Shown: piece by piece, positions 14,030 through 30,877 of the stretch | How the letters are laid out: each line of letters opens with the position of its first letter | Numbering within the stretch: the stretch's first letter is position 1 | NCBI RefSeq assembly: GCF_009914755.1 | Contig: NC_060933.1 | Direction: 5' to 3' (one strand) | DNA: 64,000 bases | Origin: the human T2T-CHM13v2.0 reference genome, Homo sapiens | Notes under the pieces: model-generated | Database searches by the model: none | What the model was told of the DNA's origin: nothing | The model's input: only the letters and a program-made list of their open reading frames with translations | Position numbers and translations under genes: made by a program

Positions 14030-15220
14030 ACAAGTAGCAATGCTAGAATAAACATATATGCTAATATTATGGTAGCCCTGAGGAGGGAGTGATTAAATCC
14101 TATCTAGAACGGTTAAGATCTCCCAGAGGAGATAACAGAATTTAAGGTTGGTCTTAAAGAATACACAGGAGGAGAGGATGACTTTCCAGGAAAGGAAACA
14201 CTCTATACAAAGTATGGGTGCTTGAAAGTTTATGGTGGGTCCTGGGAAAGTTGAGTAGTTTGCTGTGACTAAGTGACTGGAAAGGCAGATTGAGCAGAGT
14301 TGTGAAAAGACTAATAGGATATACTTATGAATTTGGGCTTTATCTTGTGGGCATTGAGGAACCATGGAAGGATTTAAAAACAAGGCAGTGCTTGATCACA
14401 ACTAAGACTGGCAATTATAAGTTGAATGGTGGCCATATGTGAAAGAGAAGAGAGAGAAAGAAGGCAGGCAAACTACTAACTGCAGTAGGCTTACGTAAAA
14501 TGAAAGAGGTTGTCCTAAGGTATTAGCTATGCAGAGAAGATAGAAGGGAAAAATGGACAGACAAGGGTCAATAGGATTTGTGAGTTATATGGGAATGAGA
14601 GAAATCAAGGATGATTGTAATTCTTAATTTGGCCATGGAGTGAATGGTAGTGCAACTCATTGATTAAAAAAGGATGCAGGAGGGCTGGGTTCGGTGGCTC
14701 ATGCCTGCTAATCCCAACAGGGAGGCCAAGGCGGGCAGATACTTGAGGCCAGGAGTTTGAGACCAGCCTGGCCAACATGGTGAAACCCACCCCATCTCTA
14801 CCAAAAATACAAAAATCAGCTGGGCGTGATGGCGCATGCCTGTAATCTCAGCTACTCGGGAGGCTGAGACATGAGAATCGCTTGAACCCAGGAGGCAGAG
14901 GTTGCAGTGAGCAGAGATTGCGCCACTGTACTGCTCAACCTGGGCGGCAGAATGAGACTGTGTCTCAAAAAGAAAAAAAAAAGCAGGAAGAGGATCAGTG
15001 GCTTAAGTTTTGGACAGAATAAGTTTGATGTATCCAACTGAAGGTCTCTATCCAGTAGACAGTTGAGGAAGGGATTGTAGATAGAGATTTGAGATTGTTT
15101 GTTGTTGGGAGTAGATACCATACAGTGGCACAGGAGAGTCTAATAACGTGAAGTTAATGCCAAAGACAGAATCCTGGATGAGCACCTTTAGTAGGGTACA
15201 TAGAAAAAAAGGAACAGTTG
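14030..15220 (-). mobile_element. L2, interrupted by Alu
   Basis: gggcattgaggaaccatggaaggatttaaa; aagttttggacagaataagtttga. Confidence 0.75.
14682..14982 (+). mobile_element. AluS-like
   Basis: full-length sense Alu. Confidence 0.92.
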
Positions 15221-15254
15221 TGTTCTCAAATTGCATCTTTTGTGGAAATCATAC

Positions 15255-17140
<1,886 letters not shown>

Positions 17141-17147
17141 TGTGGTA

Positions 17148-17940
17148 TCTGTTAGGAATGCTATTGGCAGCAAGGAAGAGAGCCCTACTAAGAGTGGGTT
17201 TATTTTTCTGCTATAAGAAGTCTGGAGATAAGTAGTTGCTAGTTGGTTTAACTTGTTCATCCATACCAGGTTCAACAGACTATAGCCTGCTGGCCTAATC
17301 TGGTCTGCCACCTGTTTTTGTAAATAAAGTGTAATTGGAACATAGCCACATTAGTTTGTTTATACATTGTTTATGGCTGCTTTCATGCTACAAAGTCAGA
17401 GTTGAGTAGCTGCAAGAGAGACTACATATAAGGCCTGCAAAGCCTAAAATATTTATTATCTGGCCGTTTACAGAAAATGTTTCTTAACTTCTGATCTATA
17501 CCATTAAGGACCCAATTTCTTTTATCCACTCATTCATTTTTGGCTCACTGACTCTTTTTTAAGACAAGGGGTCTCCTTATGTTGCCCAGGCTGGCCTCAA
17601 GTGATCCTTCCCCACAGCCTCCTGAGTAGCTGGGACTACAGGCACAGGCCACTGTGCTTGGCTTGGCTTACTGACATTTTGTTCTGTGTCACTTCATTGT
17701 AATAGTACATCCACCATGGTTCTATATTCATGTTCCAAGTCAAGAAGAAGAGAGAAAGGGGGTGACACCAGTCATGCTTGTTTCTTTTATTGGGAAAATC
17801 AACAGTCTTCCAGAAGCTTCCCAGCCAGTTTCTTTACATCTGAAAGGCTAAAATTATGTTATATGGTAAACCATAGCTGTAAGGGAGGCTGGAAACTAAG
17901 CAGTCAACTTTCCTAGCCTCTCTAGTGGAGATAGGCATGT
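17148..17940 (-). mobile_element. MLT1-like LTR remnant, interrupted by MER58A and an Alu fragment (17555-17662)
   Basis: aagaagtctggagataagtag; ccatagctgtaagggaggctggaaa. Confidence 0.6.
17266..17493 (+). mobile_element. MER58A (hAT-Charlie MITE)
   Basis: cctgtttttgtaaataaagt..ttggaacatagccac..ctggcc..tttacagaaaa. Confidence 0.88.
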
Positions 17941-18028
17941 GCCAAAAGTAAAAATCATTTGCAATTAGTCGTTTTATCATGATGAACCATTCATATTAGA
18001 AAATAAATGAACTGTATAAGTTCCTAGC

Positions 18029-18930
<902 letters not shown>

Positions 18931-18962
18931 AGGCACTGCTGAATGTTTCCCAGCTTGGTTTA

Positions 18963-19328
<366 letters not shown>

Positions 19329-20009
19329 CTATACTGTCACAGGTAGTAATTTGGAATTGGATTGAAGGTTCACAAATGATCTAACATGATAATTGTTGAG
19401 TATTGTATTTGATAAGATTATTCAAGGCATTTGTTAGGTTACTATTTTTAAACCACTCTTACCACTGTTTTGTGTATGTACATTACTTTTTCCTAGTTTT
19501 TAAGGAAGAGTTAAGGACATTGAAGACAGTTCTTATGTTTATAAAATTTATAAAGTAGGGAAGAATGCAAGATAAACGTGTAAACACAAGGCAAAGGTAT
19601 AAACATGTTTTCTTTTAGGGTTAGCTACATTTCTGTGATTGGTAAGTATATTTCAACGTAGGCAGCCTATCCCAACAGAAAACTTAGGTTTACTTATGTG
19701 CCAAAGATCAAAACAGTACTTCACAGCATGTAATATGTCTTCCTTCAATTCCAGTTGCATTCCCAGTTGTAATTACTAATTGCTTCAACAGGGAATCTAA
19801 TATCTTCTCTCATCTGTTTTTGGGAAGCTGTATAACTCTATTCCTATATGTTATTTCTCCCTACCCTTGGAAAAATTAGTTTAGGTTCACTTGGGCTGTC
19901 TTTTGCTTACTGCAGGTGATACAGTATTTCTTCTCCAGTTTTGAAAAGATAAGAGGCTAATTGAATCTAAGCTTTAGTTGGATTTTTAGGTGCTTTAAAA
20001 ATTTTTTAA

Positions 20010-20420
20010 GCTGGGCATGGTGGCACTGCCTGTAGTCACAGTTCCTGGGGAGGCTGATGAGGGAGGATCACTTGAGCCCAGGAGTTCAAGTCCACGCTGG
20101 GCAACATAGTGATATGATGTCACTTTTAAAAAAAAGTTTTTGAGACAGGGTTTTGCTCTATCACCCAGGCTGGAGTGCAGTGGCGTGATCTCGGGTCACT
20201 GCAGCCTCAACTTCTGGGCTCCAGCGATCCTCCCACCTCAGCCTCCCAGTAGCTGGGACCACAGGCACATGCTACCATGCACGGCTAATTTTTGTGTTTT
20301 TGGTAGAGATGGGGTTTCACTGTGTTGCCCAGGCTGGTCTCGAACTCCTGAGGTCAAGCAGTCTGTCCACCTCAGCCTCCCAAAGTGCTGGGATTATAGG
20401 CGTGAGCCACTGCGCCCAGC
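20010..20420. mobile_element. Alu monomer (+, 20010-20135) with AluJ (-, 20137-20420) inserted in its tail
   Basis: tail-to-tail elements; the monomer tail resumes at 20421. Confidence 0.88.
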
Positions 20421-21738
20421 AAAAAAAAAAAAAACAAAAACTTTTTAAAGCAGAACTTCTAAAAAAAGAAATTCAGTTGCACTTGTGTATGTGTAGAATC
20501 TGATTTAACAAAGGGTTAAAATTACTCGGCCCACTTGTAATTCCATTAGCAGTAACTCCAAACATAAAATGAAATTCACAGAAACAGAAATTGTCATTGA
20601 AGCCAAGAAAGAGGTCTTTATTTCTAAGGCAAAAGTAGTTGAAGTGTTGGAATTTCCTTGGGAAAATGTCCGCAAAAAAGACTTGTCTTTTTCTCAATTA
20701 TAATTTGCAGCACAAGAGACTTGAAGTTTATAGAATTATAAAAGCCTGAATCAATAAAAGTACTTGAATTGGATTTCTTGGTACCCCAGAGGTACCTACC
20801 TCTGTTATTGGAATATTGCTTCCTAGCATCTGTGTTAATTTTGCTAGGGTAGGCCTCATTCTCTTAGCCCTGCCCAATTTAACTTTTTGTTAGGTTTTAG
20901 TCTTCAGAAAGCCTCCTAAATCAGGGCTCCCTCTTTTTTCCCATGACTTCGTTTTTCTAACTCAATTCTTTTGTTAATTTTTTTAGTATTTCTTAAGCAT
21001 TTAGTGACAATACTGCATTATGTCACTTGTGGTTTTCCTTGGCATTGGGCAGTCTCCACTGGATTTTGCACTTACTTGCTTCCTTGTTGAGGAACTAGTA
21101 ATAACCCATCATGACTCCATAGAATTACTTGATATTATTGAAATAGAGTGCTTTTATTTCTCAGGACTATTTTGTACATTCATGTCAGCTTTACTCAAGT
21201 GTTTCAGAACTTTCAGAACCTGTTCATATCATGTAACTCTTCCTCAGAAATACAAGAGACTTGCATATGACTGGAGTGGTAAAATACCTGTGGAAATGTA
21301 TTGCCTAATATGTATGTTTCTGTTGATACCTTTTGGAAGCAAGCACATTTTTCCCTTTTTCTTAAGGGCTAGAGGAGACACTAAGATGTTCTTCTTAAAA
21401 GCGTTATTTCTTATCAGACAAAATTATAGATCCTTTAATTATTGTTAGTTTAGGACACAGTAAAAGACTTTAATAACATTGGCAGGCTATCGCATATATT
21501 TCTGGGTATTAGTCTCAAGTTCACTATGTACTTTTTCATGAAAAACTATGTAATTGAGAGAGCAGCTGCACCCTTATTTGTTGCAGATCTTGATTTATTC
21601 TATTTTTAAAAAAAACATTCAGAAGATATCTTTGTATCAAAAGAAATGCTAATGATTTTCTTTAGAATGTGAACCCATTTTAATCAATACTGGCCAATCT
21701 TTGTCACTTTGCTGATTGCATGTATTTGTGACCCTTAG

Positions 21739-21973
21739 ATTGTAGGGAATGGAAGTGAACAGCAGCTGCAAAAAGAGCTAGCAGATGTACTGATGGATCC
21801 TCCAATGGACGACCAGCCAGGGGAAAAGGAGCTTGTGAAAAGGTCACAACTGGATGGTGAAGGAGATGGGCCTCTTTCTAATCAGCTCTCCGCTTCATCC
21901 ACCATTAACCCTGTGCCATTAGTAGGGCTCCAAAAACCAGAGATGAGCCTACCAGTGAAACCTGGACAAGGAG
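21739..21973 (+). CDS. RABGAP1: RABGAP1 exon 3 (IVGNGSEQQ...PVKPGQG), N-terminal region
   Basis: acccttag|ATTGTA acceptor; GGAG|gttagg donor; 235 nt, phase 0-1. Confidence 0.96.
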
Positions 21974-22585
21974 GTTAGGATTGCTGCATTGCTTGCGTAA
22001 CTGAAGGTTATTTTTTTTAATATGTGAGTGTCCACCCTGTACTAGGTTTTATTTAGAACAGGCAAAACCATTGTCTACAAAAACAGGCAAAAACATTCTC
22101 TAGAATCTCTGAATTCTAAATCTAAGGGGATGTGAGAGGAGTAAAAATATATATACCATTCTGATTTCCTTTTAAATGTATTTCACTTGTACCAAGGAAA
22201 GAGAAAACATGGCTAAAGGACACAGAGGGAGTCTTTTTTTTTTTCCCCCCAGAATGCTTAAAGATTTTTCAAATAAAGAAGGAATATGAGTACAATATTA
22301 GAGAAATGGAGGGATAATTCTGGGTGAACAGATGTTTGCTCCAGACCTATATAGCTCTATGGGAGCAGTTGCCAAGTTGAAAAAGGAAGACTAGAACATG
22401 GGACAGAAAGACATAGCATGGGAGGAGAAGGACAACTTAAAAGACTCATTTGGAAAAGCAGGTGCTAAAACTATAGATGTTATTGGGAAAGGAAAGCCAA
22501 AGGGATTAAGAGAACATAATGAAGTGGCTAAGATGATGAATTAGAGAAATAATTGTAACAGTGCAGCTCAGAAAGATGACAGTTA

Positions 22586-22887
22586 GGCCGGGCGCAGTGG
22601 CTCACGCCTGTGATCCCAGCACATTGGGAGGCCGAGGCAGGTGGATCACAAGGTCAGGAGATCGAGACCATCTGGCCAACATAGTGAAACCCTGTCTCTA
22701 TTAAAATACAAAAAATTAGCCAGGCGTGGTGGCACGCACCTGTAGTCACAGCTACTTGGGAGGCTGAGGCAGCGGGAATTGCTTGAAACCAGGAGGTGGA
22801 GGTTGCAGTGAGCCGAGATTGTTCCACTGCACTTCAGCCTGGCGACAGAGCGAGACTCCGTCTCAAAAAAAAAAAAAAAAAAAAAAG
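22586..22887 (+). mobile_element. AluSc-like
   Basis: gatcacaaggtcaggagatcgagacc; TSD aaagatgacagt. Confidence 0.93.
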
Positions 22888-23034
22888 ATGACAGTCAGAG
22901 ATAGGAGTTTCAGAGTGAAGAAATACTAAATGTATATTCGACCTAAATGTAAATTACAAAGTCAAAACAAATTAGAAGAGGCAGAAAGGTGAATCAAATC
23001 TGAGTCTGATTGAGACCGACTCTAATAGCACTAT

Positions 23035-23267
23035 ATTTTGAGTATCCTTTGTCTGAAATGCTTGGGACCAGAAGTGTTTCAGATTTCAGATGTTTTTGGA
23101 TTTTGGAATATGCATATAATTACCTGCTGAGCACCCCAAATCCAATAATTCAAAAACTGAAATGCCCCAAATAGTACTTCTTTTAAGTGTCATGTAGGTA
23201 CTCAAAAGGTTTTGAAATTTGAAGCATTTCATGTTTCAGATTTTTGAATTTAGGATGCTCAACCTGT
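23035..23267 (+). mobile_element. Tigger4a/MER46A-like MITE
   Basis: ttgagtatcc...tgaaatgcttgggaccagaagtgttt...ggatgctcaacctgta. Confidence 0.85.
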
Positions 23268-23468
23268 ACCTAAAAATCTTGGTGTTTCTGACAGAGTTCT
23301 AGTGTGGGATTTCTGGTTTTCATGGGCATTTCTTTTAGGGTATGGCATATTGTCTCATTAATACTTAATTTTAGACCTTAAATGTTACTTGCAGATTTTT
23401 ACTTGCTAATCGTATCAACAAAATATCAAAGTGAAAGTAATCACTTCCTTATTCATTGTTTCTTTCAG

Positions 23469-23673
23469 ATTCTGAAGCTTCAAGTCCTTTCACACCAGTG
23501 GCCGATGAGGACAGCGTAGTTTTCAGTAAACTGACTTACTTAGGCTGTGCCTCGGTAAATGCTCCCAGGAGTGAAGTGGAAGCCTTAAGGATGATGTCCA
23601 TCTTAAGAAGCCAGTGTCAGATTTCACTAGATGTTACCCTTTCAGTGCCGAATGTGTCTGAAGGAATTGTGAG
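23469..23673 (+). CDS. RABGAP1: RABGAP1 exon 4 (DSEASSPF...SEGIVR), start of PTB/PID domain
   Basis: tctttcag|AT; GTGAG|gtgaga; 205 nt; FSKLTYLG PTB motif. Confidence 0.97.
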
Positions 23674-24099
23674 GTGAGACTGGTTTGTTGAAATCTTTCG
23701 ATATTTACATCAGATCTCTGACCTGTTGCTTCAGAAAGAAGCAATAGTGAATAAAATACATATTAATAGTTATTTTACTTGTGTAACGTTTCATTTACCT
23801 GGCACTCATGTCTCCCAAGGACTGTGACCTTTGTGAAAAATCGTTACTTATTTGTAATAGTTTTTCGTACTCTTCCCGATCATGTGTAGTACATTAGGCA
23901 TTTAATGTTTTGGGGATAAATGAAATATATTGACATGAGTCAGCCTAAAAGATTATATTTTCCATGTTCCTTTGATGAAAATACAAGCTTGACACATTAT
24001 TTCAAAATGGAGTTTCATGTTGAGTTTGAAAGTTACAAAAATTTATTATTAAATATTAACTATACCAGCACACCCCTTAATTTTTATGATGAGAAAACT

Positions 24100-24413
24100 G
24101 GCTAGGTGCAGTGGTTCATGCCTGTAATCCCAGCATTTTGGGAGGCTGAGACGGGTTGATCACTTAAGTTCAGGGGTTCGAGACCAGCCTGGGCAGCCTG
24201 GGCAACATGGTGAAACCCTGTCTGTACAAAACATACAAAAATTAGCCACGCATGGTCATACACACCTATAGTCCCAGCTACTCAGGAGGCTGAAATGGGA
24301 GGATCACCTGAGCCTGGGAGTTCAAGGCTTCAGTGAGCTGTGATCATGCCACTTCACTCCAGACTGAGTGACAAAGTGAGACCCTGTCTCAACAAAGCAA
24401 AATGAAAAAAAAA
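24100..24413 (+). mobile_element. AluJ-like
   Basis: TSD gatgagaaaact; inserted in a MIR core. Confidence 0.92.
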
Positions 24414-24529
24414 GATGAGAAAACTGAGGCACAGAGAAGCCTCTAGCTGTTTATACTAATAGAACAAATAACAATTGCAGATAGCTAATCAGATGTCTGT
24501 ATCAACCAGCTAAATATACTGTTGCTCAA

Positions 24530-25200
24530 TAAGTCAGATGAATGCAGGTAAAATAAATTTTTTTTCCCTATTACCAAAGATACATGCTTATTTAAAAAAA
24601 TTGCCACATAAAAATAGCCTTAATTCTACTCTACCACTAATAAATACAGTTAACATCTTGGCTTATTAAGATCTTCTTTGCATATTGGTATATGTATATG
24701 TCTAGGTATATGTGAATATACCTGCATATATATACATACATAATTTACAACTGTTAGAATCAACTTTTTTTTTTAACAGCAATGGACCTGTACATACCAT
24801 CTTGTACTTAGTTTTATATCGTAAACCTCTTTTCATGCCAGTAAATATTATTAAAAATTTTAATTTATGATGGCATATGAATGGGTTATAAATAAATAAC
24901 CCATCTCTTATATTAGACATTTTAAGGCTTTTATCTTTCAGAGAAAAAAGCATGAATGATGATAGCTAGTTTTAATTATATGGGAATATCAGTGTTTTAT
25001 AAATAGGTATCTTTGAGCTCAATCTTTTTAGACTTCTGTTGATTTCCTTAGGATAAATTCCTAGAAGTAAACTTATTGAGTTTGTCTATTTTTATTGCTT
25101 CTAATAACATTGCCAACTAGCCATCTAGAAATATTGATCTAGTTTATACTTTTATCAGCAGTATATAGAATATCCATTTCTCAGTATCCTCAGAAGTATT
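24530..25200 (-). mobile_element. Very old L1ME-like remnant
   Basis: atttccttaggataaattcctagaagt; ttgccaactagcc. Confidence 0.55.
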
Positions 25201-25921
25201 TTGGACTTTCATGGTGACAGAGTAATAGCTGTGTGTTGATTGTAGTAAAATAATCTGTATATGTAATTTTTCCCCTTAAGTATTTAAATAACTATTTTGC
25301 AAAGACTCACAAATTCTATTTATTAATGATAAACTATTAATAAAATGTGTTTAGCACTCATTTCTATATGTTTCTTAGTCAATACTCATTCCTCTAACTG
25401 AAGTTAGACTTTAATATATTTTTAATTCTATAAAAGAAGTTAGAAAGCTAGTCGGTTTTACCCCACATTTTTAGAGTTTTCATAAAAGTGCTTTCAAACC
25501 TGTGTTAGATCCTCTTCCTAGGTATTTCCGTGATGAGCAAGGCCTTCTAGGCTTTCCCATTAATGGCTCTACCCACATAGTGTTGAAATTGCATAGTTTC
25601 TTTTTAGACCTTCCATAGTTGTGCCTTACTGCCCTGATCAGAGTCTGGAATGTTGTAGGTATCACATAAATATTTGTTGAATAAGTAGATTTTTGAATGA
25701 ATGCTATCCCTTTGATTTTTTACTGAATGGCATCCTTTTGCTTTTATTCATGATTTTTTTTTTTTTTTGAGGAGTTAACATTTTGTATAATTTCTGTCCT
25801 TATTTTCCATGAATCAAAAAAAAACTTGTTTCAGTCTGAGAAAAAGCATCAGTTTTTTGTTTTTTATTTTTTCATAACAGATTAGGTCATTTTTAAAGGA
25901 GATAATTAGAAGCACAGCTTT

Positions 25922-26224
<303 letters not shown>

Positions 26225-26552
26225 TCAATGATGTATTTTGGTAGTCTAATTTACGTATTAATCGTCTTTATTTTGTAGCAGACTGTATAAGAAATGTGCT
26301 TATTGATATTGTTTATACCTTTCTGTTTGCCTCCCTAAAACATGATACTATATGGTTTTTAGTACTATGGAATTACGTAATCAATAGCTTCCGGAATTCA
26401 CATATGAGTTACTTATTAAAATTTAAGGTTAATATCAGCATACCAAATATATGATCTTCTTACTAGAAAGAATGAGTCTCACATCTTAATCTAAACGTAG
26501 TGCAGATTGTTCATAATTCCTGTAATCTCTCTGTATCTTTTTCTCTGAACAG

Positions 26553-26727
26553 ACTCTTAGATCCTCAGACAAACACTGAAATAGCAAACTACCCTATCTA
26601 CAAAATCCTCTTCTGTGTCAGAGGGCATGATGGAACTCCTGAGAGTGACTGTTTTGCTTTCACTGAAAGTCATTACAATGCAGAGCTCTTCAGAATACAC
26701 GTCTTCCGGTGTGAAATACAAGAAGCT
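26553..26727 (+). CDS. RABGAP1: RABGAP1 exon 5 (LLDPQTNT...CEIQEA), PTB domain
   Basis: ctgaacag|ACTC; GCT|gtaagt; 175 nt. Confidence 0.97.
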
Positions 26728-27311
26728 GTAAGTCCTCAAGAGAAAACTCTCTGCAAATGAAACTTCACCAGTGCCCTCACTAGGTTGAAATGATTATGGT
26801 ATTTATTATGATCACTCATAAGCCAGATGAAATTCTCTGCTATTGTTTTAGTGATTCTAGCCTCATGGGCCAAAATATAAATTAACTAAAAATTTGATTA
26901 ACTAGAACTTTGTTACTACTACTAAGAATGTCAGAGGAGATCTGTTGGCTACTTTTGATTGGGTTAAGTAGGCATTCTGGTTCTAATATTGACAGATTTG
27001 CAAACCATTCTTTTAAATCAAAACTTGTTAGGACTGTTTTCATTGTAATATCTTCAGATAGTTTCTAACAATTTAGGAAGTGATTTTTAAATTGGATTTA
27101 TAGTGCTTACAACCATTTCTTTTTTAAAACCCCTTGTCTGGACATTTTTAGTGTTGCTTGCTTTATAGGCCTAACAAATTAGGTAATTTACCAAAAGAAA
27201 TAAGTGGGATAAAGATAATTATTGCCCTCCAAAGTAGGTAATCTTCCAGCCTTAATAAAGGTATTTTATATCTTTTGATAACAGCCCATTTCCTAACATG
27301 TCTGGTTGTAG

Positions 27312-27469
27312 GTAAGCCGGATACTTTACAGTTTTGCCACTGCCTTCCGCCGTTCTGCCAAGCAGACCCCACTTTCAGCCACTGCTGCACCCCAGACTCC
27401 TGACAGTGACATCTTTACCTTCTCTGTGTCTTTAGAAATAAAAGAAGATGATGGTAAAGGTTATTTTAG
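27312..27469 (+). CDS. RABGAP1: RABGAP1 exon 6 (VSRILYSF...DGKGYFS)
   Basis: ggttgtag|GTAAGC; TTTAG|gtaggg; 158 nt; open in frame, not shown in ORF track. Confidence 0.95.
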
Positions 27470-27718
27470 GTAGGGAATCTTATTTTATTCATGTATTAAC
27501 ATGCTGTGGTTCAGGGGAAATTCTAGGTCAGATTATAACTTTCATACCATAAAATGATGGCTTTTAAAGGGAGGGCTTTTAAAAAAAATGTGGATGATAA
27601 AGGCATATAAATACATAAATTTAACAGAGGCAAAGTTTGAAGAATTTTAAAGCAATTAAAAAAATTGTCATATTGGGAACATGTTGCTACCTTCTTTTAG
27701 TCAGATACCAAGTGGCTA

Positions 27719-28093
<375 letters not shown>

Positions 28094-28734
28094 TCAGCTG
28101 GATTTGTAGCTATATTTGTTTTGCTGATTGTATTTGCTTGTTTTAGTTGGTTGATTTACTTATATTAATAATCTAAAAATCTTAAGCCTTTTCAAGTCAA
28201 GTTTTCCCAGTAAAGTTATCTGCATACATTGGAAGGGGAGAAATAAGGTCTGTGTCTGAAGTCTAATCTTTTGTAGGGTTAGAAGTGACTGATTTTAATT
28301 TTTAAATATAATGATAATCCTTTGAGTGGTGGAAAGAACCATGGAATAGAAGTCAAAACTTAGCTTTAGTTTAATTATTGTTACTATTAACAGTGTCCCC
28401 GTTTCCAAGTTTCTTTACATCTGTCAGTAGTTTCCTCATTTATTAAATGAGGTGGCTAGACTCTAAAACCCTTTCTCACTTTAAAATTTTATGGTTGCAA
28501 GATGACTTGATGTTTTTAAAATTACAGCCCATGTCCCAAAATGATTGTATTATAATCAGTAATTGCATGTAGAAGTCTGTTTCCTCCATGACTACCTCAT
28601 TAAATTGGTAAAATGAAGTTATATAAAAATATGAATATTTCTAATATTTTGCTTTTAAATTAAGCACAGTGATTGGTTTATTAGATTATTAGAAAAACTG
28701 ATAATTTTTAGTCTTTCTTCAGACTTTGGAATTG

Positions 28735-28754
28735 TCATGCCATCTGGTGGCCAA
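28735..28754 (-). promoter_or_regulatory. Candidate CTCF site
   Basis: minus strand TTGGCCACCAGATGGCATGA matches core TGGCCACCAGRKGGCR; unique sequence; motif evidence only. Confidence 0.65.
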
Positions 28755-28849
28755 TTTAGTGTACAGTGCAGCTTAAACTTTGAGGAGTAAAGTATGACTC
28801 ATTGTGCTCTATGCTTTCTAATTAGATAGATTTCTATTCTCTCTCTCTC

Positions 28850-29144
<295 letters not shown>

Positions 29145-29279
29145 TATTTCTATTCTCAAAGCAATGCTGTGAGGTAGTCCTTCCTGCAATGTACCTTCCT
29201 GCCCTGCAAAGTGAAAATTATAATCTGTATAATTTTAAGTAGTTTTTTACCTTGTTAAGCAACCTTTAAACTAAATATA

Positions 29280-29582
<303 letters not shown>

Positions 29583-29864
29583 TTTTTTTCTTTATTGAAA
29601 ATATTTATGTAGTTTTGGTCTGTAAATTCTAATTATTAAATAGGAAAGATTAAGATCCCTCAGAAGTATCAGTATAACTTCCCTTCCTTCTGAAATCAGG
29701 CATATTCAAGGTAGAATGATCATAAACATCTCTGTTCTATTTGTTAATACTGACAAAGTGCTATTACAGAAAATCCCTGGATGGTCAGATTTGCTTTTCA
29801 CATTTGTTAGGACTTTGTTCTCCTTTTGCTACATGGCTTTGCTGAATTTCTGGTTTATAATAAA

Positions 29865-30129
29865 TACTGTTATGTTAACTTAAATATATTATTTAAGTAT
29901 AATGATCAATATACCTAAATATATTAGGTTAATATATATTATTTAGGTATAATAATAATTATATATTATACATATAAATTATGTAATAGTTATATACCTA
30001 TTATTATATAAAACCTATTATATACTTACTATTATACCTAAATATTTATTTTATCTAAATATTATACCTAAATAATTATTATACCAAAATAATTATTATA
30101 CCTAAATATATTAGGTTAACACAACAGTA
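29865..30129. repeat. AT-rich quasi-palindromic repeat with about 35-bp terminal inverted repeats
   Basis: tactgttatgttaacttaaatatatt... versus ...aatatattaggttaacacaacagta; internal TATACCTAAATA units. Confidence 0.8.
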
Positions 30130-30504
30130 CTTTAGATGTATGAAATCCTAGCAAAATATACCTTGGTTTGTCAGATTTAAACTTGTCAAAGGTAGTTCCT
30201 CTTATCCAGTAATTCTGTAATATGTATGGAAATTTATCTGCAGAAATAATCATTGAGGTTTTCAAAGAATTATTATTATGAATGTTCTCCAACATACTGT
30301 GTATAATATTAATAGCAAATTTTAAAAGTAGAAATTAAGTGTTGAATAGAGTACTAAAACATGTTGGTTTATGGATATTACTTATCCCCTGTCCAACTCA
30401 TATTTGTGTATAACACAAGATTTACTGTGGTTTTACTTTAACATAAATATAGACAAAGTATGATGAGAATAATTAATGCTCTTCTCATTTCTGAAAAAGT
30501 ATAA

Positions 30505-30831
<327 letters not shown>

Positions 30832-30877
30832 TGATTAGAAACCTGCTTCTCCATTTTGCCCATGGGAAAACTGAGCA

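Noticed and set aside
20648-20672. TGGAATTTCC kB-like site
   Set aside because: Isolated motif with no supporting cluster
21020-21448. 142-aa ATG-initiated ORF in unique sequence upstream of exon 3
   Set aside because: No recognisable domain, F/L/C/I-rich composition typical of T-rich intron DNA, no promoter evidence; one such ORF per 64 kb is plausible by chance (PhyloCSF/Ribo-seq would settle it)
25530-25637. Possible C/D box snoRNA (GTGATGA ... CTGA)
   Set aside because: No terminal stem, no recognisable rRNA guide, and the 3' part runs into an L2 tail
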